A stretch of DNA of 64,000 nt from a virus. The notes beneath the pieces were generated by a model. It saw only the letters and a program-made list of their open reading frames with translations, searched no databases and had not been told where the DNA came from. The stretch spans positions 2,187 to 66,186 of the IMG/VR virus record IMGVR_UViG_2928125067_000001. The stretch is one strand, 5' to 3'. Shown piece by piece: positions 25,626 through 34,761 of the stretch. How positions within the stretch are numbered: the first letter of the stretch is position 1; every line of letters starts with the position of its first letter. The position numbers were made by a program, and so were the translations under genes.

Positions 25626-28042
25626 GCGACCGCGGATTGCGCATTCGCCAGTGCGAGGCCATGCACGCGTGACAGCGAGCTTTCCATGATGCGCCCGTGC
25701 TCCCGCGGGTTGTTGCTCCCCTGAACAGTCACGTTGTTGACGATGTTCTGATTGACCGCTCGGCTGGTCGAGTTGTTCGTTACCCCGGCTGCGCCCATCG
25801 GGGCTGCCGGCCGGAGGGCGGCCTGCGGGTCCACGTTCGGGGCTGAAGGCCGATTGCGAGCCGCCATCCCCTCTTCGTGTGCCCGCTTGACCCAATCCGG
25901 CGCATTGGCCGATGAACCGCCGGCACCCCAAGCGGATGGCGAGCCGCCGCCGACGTGGATGCCGTTGGCGCCCATGTAGTCGATGGCCGCGCCGACGCCG
26001 TTCGCGCCTGCCTTGACGCTCTCCTTGATGAATTTCTCCATCACGACGCGGTCGGCGTCGTTGGTCATGTCAAGGTAGCGGCGCTTCCCGTCTGCCCCGA
26101 GGGTATAGAGCTTCAGATCGGCCGCGTTGCCGTGGTCGTGGCGATGGCTGCCGGTCCGATGCGGGCCACTCTCGTCCTGGCCGCCTGAATAGACCTCGGC
26201 GTTGACCCCAGCCGCGGTCGCAGCGGCCACGATTTGGCGTTGCAGGGCGTCGGTGATGGCTTGGTTGCGAGTAGCGCCCCCTTGGCTCTGCTCTAGGCCG
26301 CCGACCCCATTAACAGGGTCCACGTTCCCGCCAACTTGGCTCGGTTTGTAGCCGCTGTCACCCCAGCTCGGATCGGCGTTCCGAAGGCCCTTGTAGCCGT
26401 ACCACTCACTGCCGGGGTTGTAGTTCGGGTCTCTCGCGAGCCGCTTCTTGATGTGCTCCGCGGCCCACCGAACCTGCGCGGGGATGGTCTTGGGATCGTG
26501 CAGATCGAGCCCGGTCTCTTTCTCAAACTCCTGCCCCAGCCCGCCACGGCGGTTGAGCTGGAACGGACCGTAGCTGTCTTCCTGCGCGTCGCTCTTGACG
26601 TCGTACTTGTCCGAGTGAAGCGACTCGCCGGCACGGATGCCGTGGAGGATGCGGGGGTCAATCCCCGCCCGCTTCGCTTCCGCCTCGTAGAGCGCCGTCA
26701 GGTTGCCGGCAGAGCTTCCAGGTGGAACGCCCCCTTGTGGGGACGGAGCATCGCGACCGCCGGCCCAGCGGGGCGCGCGGCGCTGCCACCAGTTGCGATC
26801 GTCCTGAACGGAGCCGGGCGTACCTCCACCAACGCCTGGGCCCCCATTCGCGCGCTCAAACGCGGCAGGCCCTGCGAGGATGCCGTTGATGACCTTGTCG
26901 TATCCGCCCAGGATCGTCGAGAGGTGCGTGACGCGGGCGATCTTCTGGAGAAGCCCGAAGATCACCTCAAATGCGTGGGCGATGGATTTGATGCGTTCCG
27001 AGAAAGCGTCCCAGCGCTTCATAAACGCTTCGCCGTCGCTGCCCGCGAACCACTGGACCATGCCGGTGATCTTCTCGGTCAGCCAGACGATGGCGTTCGA
27101 GATCGACTGCAGGATCCGTTCAAGCTTGTCGGGGTTGGCCTCGATCCAGTCGTTGAACCCCTTGGCAATGCGCTCCAAGGCGGGCGCAAGCTGGATAAGC
27201 AGCTTCTCACCGAGCGCCGAGGCCGTAGCCTGCAGCCGCGTCAGCGTGCGCTGAAAGGCGGCCGCGGCCCGAGCGGCTTCGTCCGAGTTGAGCCCGATCC
27301 GCTTCGCCGTCGCGTCGTACTCGGCGCGATACTGCTTCACCGCCTCCATCTGGCGGCGCAGAAGGTTATAGTCCTGCTCGCTGATGCCCAGCATCTCGGC
27401 GTGCTGGACGGCAACCTCGTAGGGCTCGCGGTTCAAGGCCTCGACAGTGGCGAGGAGCTTGTCGACGCCCTGAAGCTTGTTATCGACGCCGAGATCTTTG
27501 ACGAACTGGCGCAGGCCCGGGTTGTTGCGCAGCGCTGTCGTGAAGCTATCGACCGCGGCCGACGCCTGCTGTGCCGAACCGCCGGTCTGTGAGAAGGCGT
27601 ACTGCAGCGCCTTAAGGCTCTGAACGGACGTGCCGCTGCGCTGCGCCTGAAAGTACAGGTTGTCGAACGAGCCGGCGACCTTGGCCACCGCGTAGCCGAT
27701 GGCTGTAGCCGCAGCCGTTGCGGCAATCGCCATCCGCTCCATGCCGGACACGAAGGAAGCCGCGTGCTCCTTGCGACGCTTGGCGGCTTCCTGCTCGCGC
27801 TTTTCGGTCTCCTTGGCGCGCTCCAACCCCTCGCGAGCGAGCTTGAGGTTCAGTTCGCGCGTGAGCTTGGCGACCTCTTCCTCTGTCTTCGCCCCAGCCC
27901 AGCGGGCGTCCTCGATGCGCTTCTCGGCCTCGCGGACGGCGCGCTCGTAATCGGAAACCGACTTCTTGGCAGCGCCCAGCGAACTCTGGTTCACGTTGAA
28001 CCCGAGCGCGACCATGAAGGAAGCTAGGACGTTATCCGCCAT
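25622..28042 (-). CDS. Tape measure protein with C-terminal peptidoglycan-hydrolase domains
   Basis: Helical N-term; GES...SYGPFQL transglycosylase-like and SHRHDHGNAAD...IHV M15-like motifs. Confidence 0.85.
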   Translation of the reverse strand: MADNVLASFMVALGFNVNQSSLGAAKKSVSDYERAVREAEKRIEDARWAGAKTEEEVAKLTRELNLKLAREGLERAKETEKREQEAAKRRKEHAASFVSGMERMAIAATAAATAIGYAVAKVAGSFDNLYFQAQRSGTSVQSLKALQYAFSQTGGSAQQASAAVDSFTTALRNNPGLRQFVKDLGVDNKLQGVDKLLATVEALNREPYEVAVQHAEMLGISEQDYNLLRRQMEAVKQYRAEYDATAKRIGLNSDEAARAAAAFQRTLTRLQATASALGEKLLIQLAPALERIAKGFNDWIEANPDKLERILQSISNAIVWLTEKITGMVQWFAGSDGEAFMKRWDAFSERIKSIAHAFEVIFGLLQKIARVTHLSTILGGYDKVINGILAGPAAFERANGGPGVGGGTPGSVQDDRNWWQRRAPRWAGGRDAPSPQGGVPPGSSAGNLTALYEAEAKRAGIDPRILHGIRAGESLHSDKYDVKSDAQEDSYGPFQLNRRGGLGQEFEKETGLDLHDPKTIPAQVRWAAEHIKKRLARDPNYNPGSEWYGYKGLRNADPSWGDSGYKPSQVGGNVDPVNGVGGLEQSQGGATRNQAITDALQRQIVAAATAAGVNAEVYSGGQDESGPHRTGSHRHDHGNAADLKLYTLGADGKRRYLDMTNDADRVVMEKFIKESVKAGANGVGAAIDYMGANGIHVGGGSPSAWGAGGSSANAPDWVKRAHEEGMAARNRPSAPNVDPQAALRPAAPMGAAGVTNNSTSRAVNQNIVNNVTVQGSNNPREHGRIMESSLSRVHGLALANAQSAVA

Positions 28043-28214
28043 TGGGCTTCATCGCCTCATTGAGCCGCCAGCGGTTCTCGGACTCGACCCGCATCGCGTC
28101 GTTGATTTCCGCGATGTCTTCGATGTGAATGGCGCCGTTCAGAAGGTCGGGGTAGCTGTAGTAGCCCAACGGGATCGGGGCCAAGTACCATTCCTCTTCG
28201 TCCGGCATAGACAC
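28032..28214 (-). CDS. Tail assembly chaperone, downstream (T) part
   Basis: Lies in -1 frame of upstream chaperone, frame open back to T-run. Confidence 0.65.
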   Translation of the reverse strand: MSMPDEEEWYLAPIPLGYYSYPDLLNGAIHIEDIAEINDAMRVESENRWRLNEAMKPNGG

Positions 28215-28219
28215 GAGGT

Positions 28220-28630
28220 CTACTGCGGGAAGCTGGCCCCGCCGTTGAAAAGAGACGGGGCGTCGAGAAAAAGCGGGTAGTAGTTGACGTAGAGAACGTT
28301 GGCACAGATCGCGAGCTGGAGGCCGCCATCGTTGCGCACATCCTCGAACATGATGCGCGTGCCATCGCTCGACATGAGCGAGGGCCAGCCCGTGCCCTCC
28401 TTTTTCTGGACAACAGCAAGGGCCCGATCAAGGATGTAGTCCAGCTTTTCGTCTTCCAGGGTGCCGAGACCCTGAATGACCATCCCGGCCACTTCGGGCG
28501 TGAAACCGGACGAGATGCTTCGGAACAGCGGCTCGATGATCGGAGCGGCGCGGCGCAGGACGTGGATCTGCGTGCGGCCCACCATCTTGCCGGAGCGGTA
28601 GGTGACGCCTTTGATCGTGAACTCAGACAC
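28220..28630 (-). CDS. Tail assembly chaperone
   Basis: Between tube and tape measure; EFTIKG..YR..K. Confidence 0.8.
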   Translation of the reverse strand: MSEFTIKGVTYRSGKMVGRTQIHVLRRAAPIIEPLFRSISSGFTPEVAGMVIQGLGTLEDEKLDYILDRALAVVQKKEGTGWPSLMSSDGTRIMFEDVRNDGGLQLAICANVLYVNYYPLFLDAPSLFNGGASFPQ

Positions 28631-28639
28631 GGATCAGCC

Positions 28640-29098
28640 TCACAGAGCCAGATTGCCGTCGCCGAGCTTCGCGTCGATGTAGATGAAGTTCATCGGCCAC
28701 TCCATCGTGCCGCCATCCTTGGCGTTCACGTTGTCGGGCAGCTTCACGAATGCGCCGGCTTGGCACTGATAGTCGTCGCCCCACTGGGGGTTGGACAGCG
28801 TCAGGACGTTCTGGCCGGTGTAGGCGCTCGCCGTCTGCTGGTAGTTGTACAAATCCATCAGGATCCGATTGAGCGGGCTGTTCTTCAGAAGGCGCACCGT
28901 GACGCGACCCGACTTGGTCGCGTGCAGCGAGTGCATGCCGTAGCCGTCCGCTCCCGTCACCATGGAGGTCTTGTCGTCCGTCATGGCGATGGTGATGCCC
29001 TCGTCGGCGAGGCCACCCTCCGACAGGATGACCGAGCCGCCAGGGCCGGTGAGCGAGCACACGATATCGGCGAACGAATATGCGACGGGCGCGGCCAT
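28640..29098 (-). CDS. Tail tube protein (DUF3277-like)
   Basis: YSF.D...GADG..MHSL...G.VT.RLLK.SP.N. Confidence 0.85.
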   Translation of the reverse strand: MAAPVAYSFADIVCSLTGPGGSVILSEGGLADEGITIAMTDDKTSMVTGADGYGMHSLHATKSGRVTVRLLKNSPLNRILMDLYNYQQTASAYTGQNVLTLSNPQWGDDYQCQAGAFVKLPDNVNAKDGGTMEWPMNFIYIDAKLGDGNLAL

Positions 29099-29116
29099 GG
29101 GTTCGGGTCCTCGGGC

Positions 29117-30622
29117 TTAGCGGTCCAGGAGGACGCTGATGGAGATGAGGTGGACGGCGCCGGCCAGCTTGCAGCAGACCTGGAACGGCACGGACTTGCG
29201 GGCGGCGCGGTCGGCCTGCGACTGGGTCGAAACCGGCGGGGCGAAGATGTAGAAGCCGCTCGTCAGCACATCGAAGGTGCGCAGCGTGCCGACGCTGGGG
29301 CCGAGCCAAGTGCCGGGCGCGATGAAGCCGTTGTTGACCGCGACCGTGCAGGCGTTGGCGATCACCGTCTTGATGAGGCTCATGCCCGCGTCGGTCTGCG
29401 GGACCTTCGTGGCAGTGGTGTAGAGCAAATTGTAGCAGTCGGTCTGGATGCGGTTCTGGAGCCAGTCCGCGCCGATGCGCTCGTCGATGTAGTCCCCGTT
29501 CGCCATGACTGCGGGGAAGATGATGTTGGTGCCGTTCTGAACGGACACGAACACGTTGGTGTTCTTCGCCTTGATCTGCCCGAACTGACTTTCAGTCAGC
29601 ACTTCGGCGGCAACGCCCGGCTCCTGCTTGTAGGCGCCCGTGATCGTGGTGTTGCTGCCCTCGTAATCGACCGTGGCGAACCGACCGAACAGGCTCTCGG
29701 CCGCATACGGGTCGTTGCGCGAGAACTGCGAGAACGTGCGGCTGAAGTTGCCGGTCTTGAACTGCGAGGCCAGATCCGCGCTGGTCGTGCTGTCGAGGAC
29801 GTTGGCGTTCTGGAGCGTCGCGCCGTAGATGCGGCTCTGCGACGTGCTCAGGCCCTCGATCAGGGCGGCGACGGCGAGATGATCAGCATCGGCCGGCGGG
29901 GTCGAGGTAGCGACTTGGAGCGAGTACCAAGCCCCGGACTGGTTGGCGAGGGTCGAGACCGCGGAAACAAGGCTCTCAGCCGCCATGCCGGCCACTGGGG
30001 CAGACGCATCAGCGCTGGTCAGGTGCAGCAGCGGGCCGAGGTCGGTGCCGCTCGGTGCTGTGGTGGCATAGCTGACCGTCGATGTCGGGCCCGTGGTACC
30101 GGACGCGACATCAAATCGGTTGTACACACCATCGTACTTCACCACCGCGCCTGGGGCGACGGCGGCTAACGCAGTCTGGATGATGGAAGCGACATTGTTC
30201 AGGTTCAGCGCACCGGACAGGTTGATCCCGGTCAGGTTGCGCGCAGTTCCATCAACCATGATGCTGAGGGAGCCGGTGGTGACGCTCGTGAAGTTGGACA
30301 GGAGCTGCTGAGCTGGCGACAATGAAGCGCCGCGAACGTGCCCACGCGTCGCCGTCTGAGCCCACCGCCCGACGTAGAGCACGGCCGGCTGCGGCGACTG
30401 GCTGAAGTAGTCCTTGGCGGCAAGGTACTCCGGCGCGGTGGTGCCGAAGTCCTGCGTCACGCCGTCGAGCGACGTGTAGAGCCGCAGACGCTCGGCGGTG
30501 TCGATCACACCGGAGGTCGAGCCGAGGATCAGGCCAGCGCCGAAATTTCGGTACTGCGCGGCCTTGGGGGAGATTGTGACCGAGACGGAAACGAAATCGG
30601 CGACGTTCAGGCCAGTAGCCAT
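29117..30622 (-). CDS. Tail sheath protein (DUF3383-like)
   Basis: YFSQSPQP..LYVGRW; KQEPG; KVPQTDAG; AGAVH. Confidence 0.9.
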   Translation of the reverse strand: MATGLNVADFVSVSVTISPKAAQYRNFGAGLILGSTSGVIDTAERLRLYTSLDGVTQDFGTTAPEYLAAKDYFSQSPQPAVLYVGRWAQTATRGHVRGASLSPAQQLLSNFTSVTTGSLSIMVDGTARNLTGINLSGALNLNNVASIIQTALAAVAPGAVVKYDGVYNRFDVASGTTGPTSTVSYATTAPSGTDLGPLLHLTSADASAPVAGMAAESLVSAVSTLANQSGAWYSLQVATSTPPADADHLAVAALIEGLSTSQSRIYGATLQNANVLDSTTSADLASQFKTGNFSRTFSQFSRNDPYAAESLFGRFATVDYEGSNTTITGAYKQEPGVAAEVLTESQFGQIKAKNTNVFVSVQNGTNIIFPAVMANGDYIDERIGADWLQNRIQTDCYNLLYTTATKVPQTDAGMSLIKTVIANACTVAVNNGFIAPGTWLGPSVGTLRTFDVLTSGFYIFAPPVSTQSQADRAARKSVPFQVCCKLAGAVHLISISVLLDR

Positions 30623-30688
30623 TGCGATCCGCCGCAGTCCGGCGTCCCTGGTTGGTGCTTCGGTGGGTTGGGGCGCAGAAGCGCAGCG

Positions 30689-31324
30689 TCAGGCCGGCGG
30701 CAGCGGCGACGCGAAAGGGGTGTTGATCTGCTTGGGACCAGCGGGCGTGCCGCCAGTCGCTTGGATGGTGCCGTCAGCCTGGAGCACGTTCCGGATCTCG
30801 TACCGGCGCTCAATCGTCTGGGTCAGCCGGAAGGGCAGATCCGAACGGCGCAGCGTCCGAGTGGCCCGGATCTCCGGCACGCGCCGGATGGTGTCGAAGT
30901 CCACGAGGTTCAGGCCGGCAGCCCGCATCGCCTCGCGGTTCTGGCCGATGTAGAAGCTGTCCCGGGTCAGCTTGGCGTAGGCGTCGCCCTTGGGGCCGTA
31001 GAAGCTCGCCAGCACGTCCAAGCGGTAGAACGTGCGCAGTATGGTGTAGCCGTCGCTCTCGCCGTGGTGGATCTGGGCAGGTGTGTCGTCGCCCATCGTG
31101 GCGGTGACGCCGACTGCAACCCAGGTCTCCGTGACGTCGGGAACCCGTGGCTGCGTCTCTTGCCAGCGCGGGCGGATCATGTCGCCCGGCAGCCCTGTCA
31201 CGCCCGCGATCAGCGTGCCGATGATGGTGTCGAGGTCGAGGTCATCGGCCGGAGGCGTCGAGGTGGGCCCGAGCGGGCCGCCGGTCGCGCTCGTGTTGTT
31301 ATTAGGAGCCGAGGAAGCCGCCAC
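30689..31324 (-). CDS. Neck/tail terminator protein
   Basis: GLPG.MIRPRWQ...SFYGP. Confidence 0.8.
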   Translation of the reverse strand: MAASSAPNNNTSATGGPLGPTSTPPADDLDLDTIIGTLIAGVTGLPGDMIRPRWQETQPRVPDVTETWVAVGVTATMGDDTPAQIHHGESDGYTILRTFYRLDVLASFYGPKGDAYAKLTRDSFYIGQNREAMRAAGLNLVDFDTIRRVPEIRATRTLRRSDLPFRLTQTIERRYEIRNVLQADGTIQATGGTPAGPKQINTPFASPLPPA

Positions 31325-31709
31325 TGGATTGCTGCCCCGTCAGGCTCGGATTGATCGTCGCTAGCTTGCAAACGGCCTGCGTGAAGCCGTCCCCGAAGGG
31401 CCATGCTTGCGCGTTGGTGATCGTGTAGGGCAGGCCGCCGAAGATGACGCCGTCCGCCGCGATCTCGCGCTTGCCGGTGTCGAGCGGGTAGCGGGTGACG
31501 ATCATCAGATCGCCCTCCACCCAATCCCCTTCTCCCGATTGAACGAGGCCGAGACCGTTGCCGGGCCAGATGACGCCCGTGAACGCCGCCCCTGACTGAG
31601 AAGCCTGGGCGATCCCGACTTGGCTCACCGTGACGATGGCCTGGATCAGAATGGCGTCCGACCAGAAGTCCGGATCGTCGATGACGTCGCAGACGTTGAG
31701 AAGGGCCAT
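31302..31709 (-). CDS. Head closure protein
   Basis: L.V.DVI.DPDF motif. Confidence 0.75.
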   Translation of the reverse strand: MALLNVCDVIDDPDFWSDAILIQAIVTVSQVGIAQASQSGAAFTGVIWPGNGLGLVQSGEGDWVEGDLMIVTRYPLDTGKREIAADGVIFGGLPYTITNAQAWPFGDGFTQAVCKLATINPSLTGQQSSGGFLGS

Positions 31710-32197
31710 CACTTCACCACGTGGGTGATCGCCCGGCGATACTGCCCGGTGTCAATGAGGGGCTTCGTTCCCGTCCGTCCCCTCGCCTTCCGAGCTTTCA
31801 GCGTGCGCTCGGACAATGGAGCGAAGGTGCCATCCGTGATCTGGGCCTTGACGGCGTTCTCACCGATGATGCCGACCGCCGTGAGACCCTTCTGGATTGC
31901 CGAGAGATCGCCCAAGAGGGCCGCCTTGCCCAAAGCCTCAAGCCGGGGCGTGATCTGCGGCATGGCCGCCTCAATGCCCGGCAGGAGGTGAGGCCGGGCC
32001 GGAAGGTTGCGCTCCGGAGCACCGTTCTCCATCAGGTAGCCGATAACGGCATTTGAGGGAGGCTGATCCTCAAGCGCACCGTCTGGCTGGCGAGGGGAGG
32101 CCTCAGCCGGGATGCCGACGTAGGCCTTGAGCTTCGTCAAGGCGTTGGCGGCGGCAAAGATCTGGTTCGTGCGGTCAACGGTCTTGGTGACAGGCAT
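31709..32197 (-). CDS. Neck/tail completion protein
   Basis: VGIP...NLPARP.L...KPLIDTGQ. Confidence 0.85.
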   Translation of the reverse strand: MPVTKTVDRTNQIFAAANALTKLKAYVGIPAEASPRQPDGALEDQPPSNAVIGYLMENGAPERNLPARPHLLPGIEAAMPQITPRLEALGKAALLGDLSAIQKGLTAVGIIGENAVKAQITDGTFAPLSERTLKARKARGRTGTKPLIDTGQYRRAITHVVK

Positions 32198-32592
32198 CAG
32201 AGCTGGATCCCGCCAGCGCCGAACATGGTCAGAAGCTGATAGTAGCGGCGGCCGTAGCTCGTGGCGCCGTAAAGCCCCGCTCCGTCCTGAAGACCGACCG
32301 ACGTGTCGATGGACTTGGAGATCGGGCCGACCGATTTGCTGGATACGATGCCGGTCGGAACACCGATGCCGACAGCACCTCCGCCGATGCCGCCCACTGC
32401 GCCGGCAGGTGCCGTGAGCGCCAGATTGTGCGCCGTCAGGAACAGGATGCCGTCATCATAAAGCTCGCCCCACCGCACCGCGTCCAGCAGCCGCGACGAG
32501 AGGCCCAGATTATAGGTGACGGTGCCGTCCGGGTATTTCTCAGGAGTGAACTCCGGGAAGGCCTGACGGAAACTGGCGAGCGTGACGGTCAT
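32197..32592 (-). CDS. Head-tail adaptor (DUF4054-like)
   Basis: FR..FPEF...YPD...TAH...T.YG..Y. Confidence 0.85.
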   Translation of the reverse strand: MTVTLASFRQAFPEFTPEKYPDGTVTYNLGLSSRLLDAVRWGELYDDGILFLTAHNLALTAPAGAVGGIGGGAVGIGVPTGIVSSKSVGPISKSIDTSVGLQDGAGLYGATSYGRRYYQLLTMFGAGGIQL

Positions 32593-33092
32593 CGGCCTTG
32601 CTTGGCGAGATCGTCCGCTTGCTGTTCCGACTGCCGACGCGCCTCGGCCTCAACCTTGGGCATCGGGTCGGTAAGCTGCTCCTCCCCGCGGAACACGGCG
32701 AACAGGCCGCGCCCCTTGCGCCGGATCGTATAGAGCCCCGACGGGGCGTCCGCCTCATCGTCGTCCGCGCCGCCAACCGCCTCCAGCTTGGCTCGCGTCT
32801 TGGCATGGGCAGCACGCTCCGCCTCCAATCCCCTCTCCGCGGCTTCAGCGCGCCGCACAGCGGCATCGAGGTCGACCGCGAGGGGATTACCCGTCACGGG
32901 CTTGACGGCCCCTGCGGCGGCCTTCTCGTCGCCGAGATGCAGCTTCACGTAGGGGTGGCCCGCGATGACCGGATGCACGTCATCGTGACGGCCGGCGCCG
33001 AAGTTCAGCATCGGCTTGTCCACTCCAGCCGCAACCTGCTCCTCGTGGTTGAGAAGCAGATTGAACGGCTTGACGACGTGCAAGGTAGCCAT
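32589..33092 (-). CDS. Head-associated hypothetical protein
   Basis: V.KPF.L...F.AG.H N-terminus following capsid gene. Confidence 0.75.
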   Translation of the reverse strand: MATLHVVKPFNLLLNHEEQVAAGVDKPMLNFGAGRHDDVHPVIAGHPYVKLHLGDEKAAAGAVKPVTGNPLAVDLDAAVRRAEAAERGLEAERAAHAKTRAKLEAVGGADDDEADAPSGLYTIRRKGRGLFAVFRGEEQLTDPMPKVEAEARRQSEQQADDLAKQGR

Positions 33093-33096
33093 CGGC

Positions 33097-34104
33097 TTAG
33101 ATCCCGTCGCGGTAGGCGAACGTCTCGGGGTAGATGAACTCCATCTGACCGAGGCGGCCGTAGTAGGTCACGGCCTGGTAGATGGAGCGGTACTCCAGCG
33201 GGGTGCGCTGGAGATCGGTCAGCGGGTAGCGGACGTAGTCAGGGGACTTGTGGTAGGCGACCATGCGGTTGACCGTGGTCGCATCGCCCGCCGTGCCGCC
33301 CGTGCCGCGGCCGTTGAGCCACTTCAGCGGGAGGATCTGGAGGTCCTGGCCCTGCTCATTGGCGATGTTGTTCTCGCGAATGAAGCGCAGCAGCGACATG
33401 CCGCCAGCCTGGCCGTTGACCGAGATGATGGTCGAGGTCAGGTACGACATGGAGCCCGGCGGGAGCAGCAGCCGGTTCGGGAACACCGACCACGCAGAGG
33501 CCTGCCACGCCGAGTTCAGGGTCTCATTCACGTCGGCGAGGATCGCGACCGGCGTCTTGTCCGCCCACTTGGTGGAGGTGGTGTTGCTGGTCGGGCTGGT
33601 GCTGCCGGCAGTCGGGACATTGGCGACGTTCGACACGTAGGAGCTGTTGCACAGCCCGGTGAAGCCCTTCAGGGTGTCGCCGGTGTAGACCACCTGGTCG
33701 ACGTTCTGATTGTAGGCCTTCTGCATCACGTCGTAGTAGGTGACGTCGATGCCCTCACCGAGAGCCTGGGACTTCGCCAGATCGACGACGGTCCACTTCA
33801 GCTCCTTACCCCAGAGGTGCAGCGGCTGCGGGGTCTTACCCACGTCGACCGCGACCCCGGAGATGGAGTCGGTGCCCTGGCTGATCCAGGAGATGCCGTT
33901 CGGCGACATGCCGCCGGTCTCGGCATAGCCCGCGAGCAGGAACGACGCCGTGTCGTTCGCGATCGTGATGTCCTCGCGCAGGTCGATGTCGCGCGACCAC
34001 GTGAAGGTCATCAGCGGCTTGTTCAGCTTCGGGTCCAGCTTTTCGAGCTGGCCGATGAGGAAGTTGCCGGTCGAGTCGATCGTGTACTGGTCGAAGGTGT
34101 GCAT
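33097..34104 (-). CDS. Major capsid protein (DUF2184-like)
   Basis: FLIGQLE.LD....PL...TWSRDI.LRED; YP.T..YRDGI. Confidence 0.92.
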   Translation of the reverse strand: MHTFDQYTIDSTGNFLIGQLEKLDPKLNKPLMTFTWSRDIDLREDITIANDTASFLLAGYAETGGMSPNGISWISQGTDSISGVAVDVGKTPQPLHLWGKELKWTVVDLAKSQALGEGIDVTYYDVMQKAYNQNVDQVVYTGDTLKGFTGLCNSSYVSNVANVPTAGSTSPTSNTTSTKWADKTPVAILADVNETLNSAWQASAWSVFPNRLLLPPGSMSYLTSTIISVNGQAGGMSLLRFIRENNIANEQGQDLQILPLKWLNGRGTGGTAGDATTVNRMVAYHKSPDYVRYPLTDLQRTPLEYRSIYQAVTYYGRLGQMEFIYPETFAYRDGI

Positions 34105-34115
34105 TTAAGGCTCCA

Positions 34116-34210
34116 TCAGGGGGACGGGCGCGCAGTCGCTGCGGGCCAAGGCCACTGCCCAAGTGGCTTTAAGGGCGAAGGGCTGCGCGCTAAGCGGCGC
34201 GTCTCCCTGA
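34116..34210. other. Long interrupted stem-loop between decoration and capsid genes
   Basis: Three stacked helices of 11, 10 and 9 bp. Confidence 0.55.
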
Positions 34211-34212
34211 AC

Positions 34213-34701
34213 TCAGATGTTGTAGGCGATCTCGGTGTTGCCGTAGGCGTCAGCCGGACCCATGAAGTACGCGCCCGGCAGCGCGTAAGTGTTGGTGCTG
34301 TCGGCGGCGGCCTCAAACCCACCGATCGGCTTGCCAGCGGCGGCAGCCGCGACGCGCACGTAGACGGCGCCGCCCTTGGTGGCCGCAGTCGCGCCGCCGA
34401 GCAGCACGTTGATGTAGCCGCGCTTGAGCACGCTGATGCTGCCGCGGGTCGGCGGGGTCGAGGTGCCGAGCGGGTCCTGGCTCGCCACACCGGGGAAGTC
34501 GCGGACGCTGATGCCATACATGAGCGTGCCAGCGTCACCCGAGGCGAGCGGCTGGATGCGACCGGCGACGAGCTTCACAGCCGCACCGTAGACGGTGGGC
34601 GGCGTCGTCGGATCGATCTCGTTCGGCTCGATCGTCGCGGACTCGATGCGATGCACGGTGCCAGGAATGCCGGCCGGCAGGCGGTAGGTGTAAGCGACCA
34701 T
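34213..34701 (-). CDS. Capsid decoration/cement protein
   Basis: Y.YR.PAGIPG...LKRGYI.V...EIAYNI. Confidence 0.85.
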   Translation of the reverse strand: MVAYTYRLPAGIPGTVHRIESATIEPNEIDPTTPPTVYGAAVKLVAGRIQPLASGDAGTLMYGISVRDFPGVASQDPLGTSTPPTRGSISVLKRGYINVLLGGATAATKGGAVYVRVAAAAAGKPIGGFEAAADSTNTYALPGAYFMGPADAYGNTEIAYNI

Positions 34702-34761
34702 GTGAAAGGTTCCTTCTGAGGGCCTAGCGCGCCATCACGGCGGGCGTTGAGGCGGATGGGG

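Noticed and set aside
30625-30688. Additional + strand G.U-rich hairpin before the sheath gene
   Set aside because: Bulged and explainable by G/T strand bias; no promoter.
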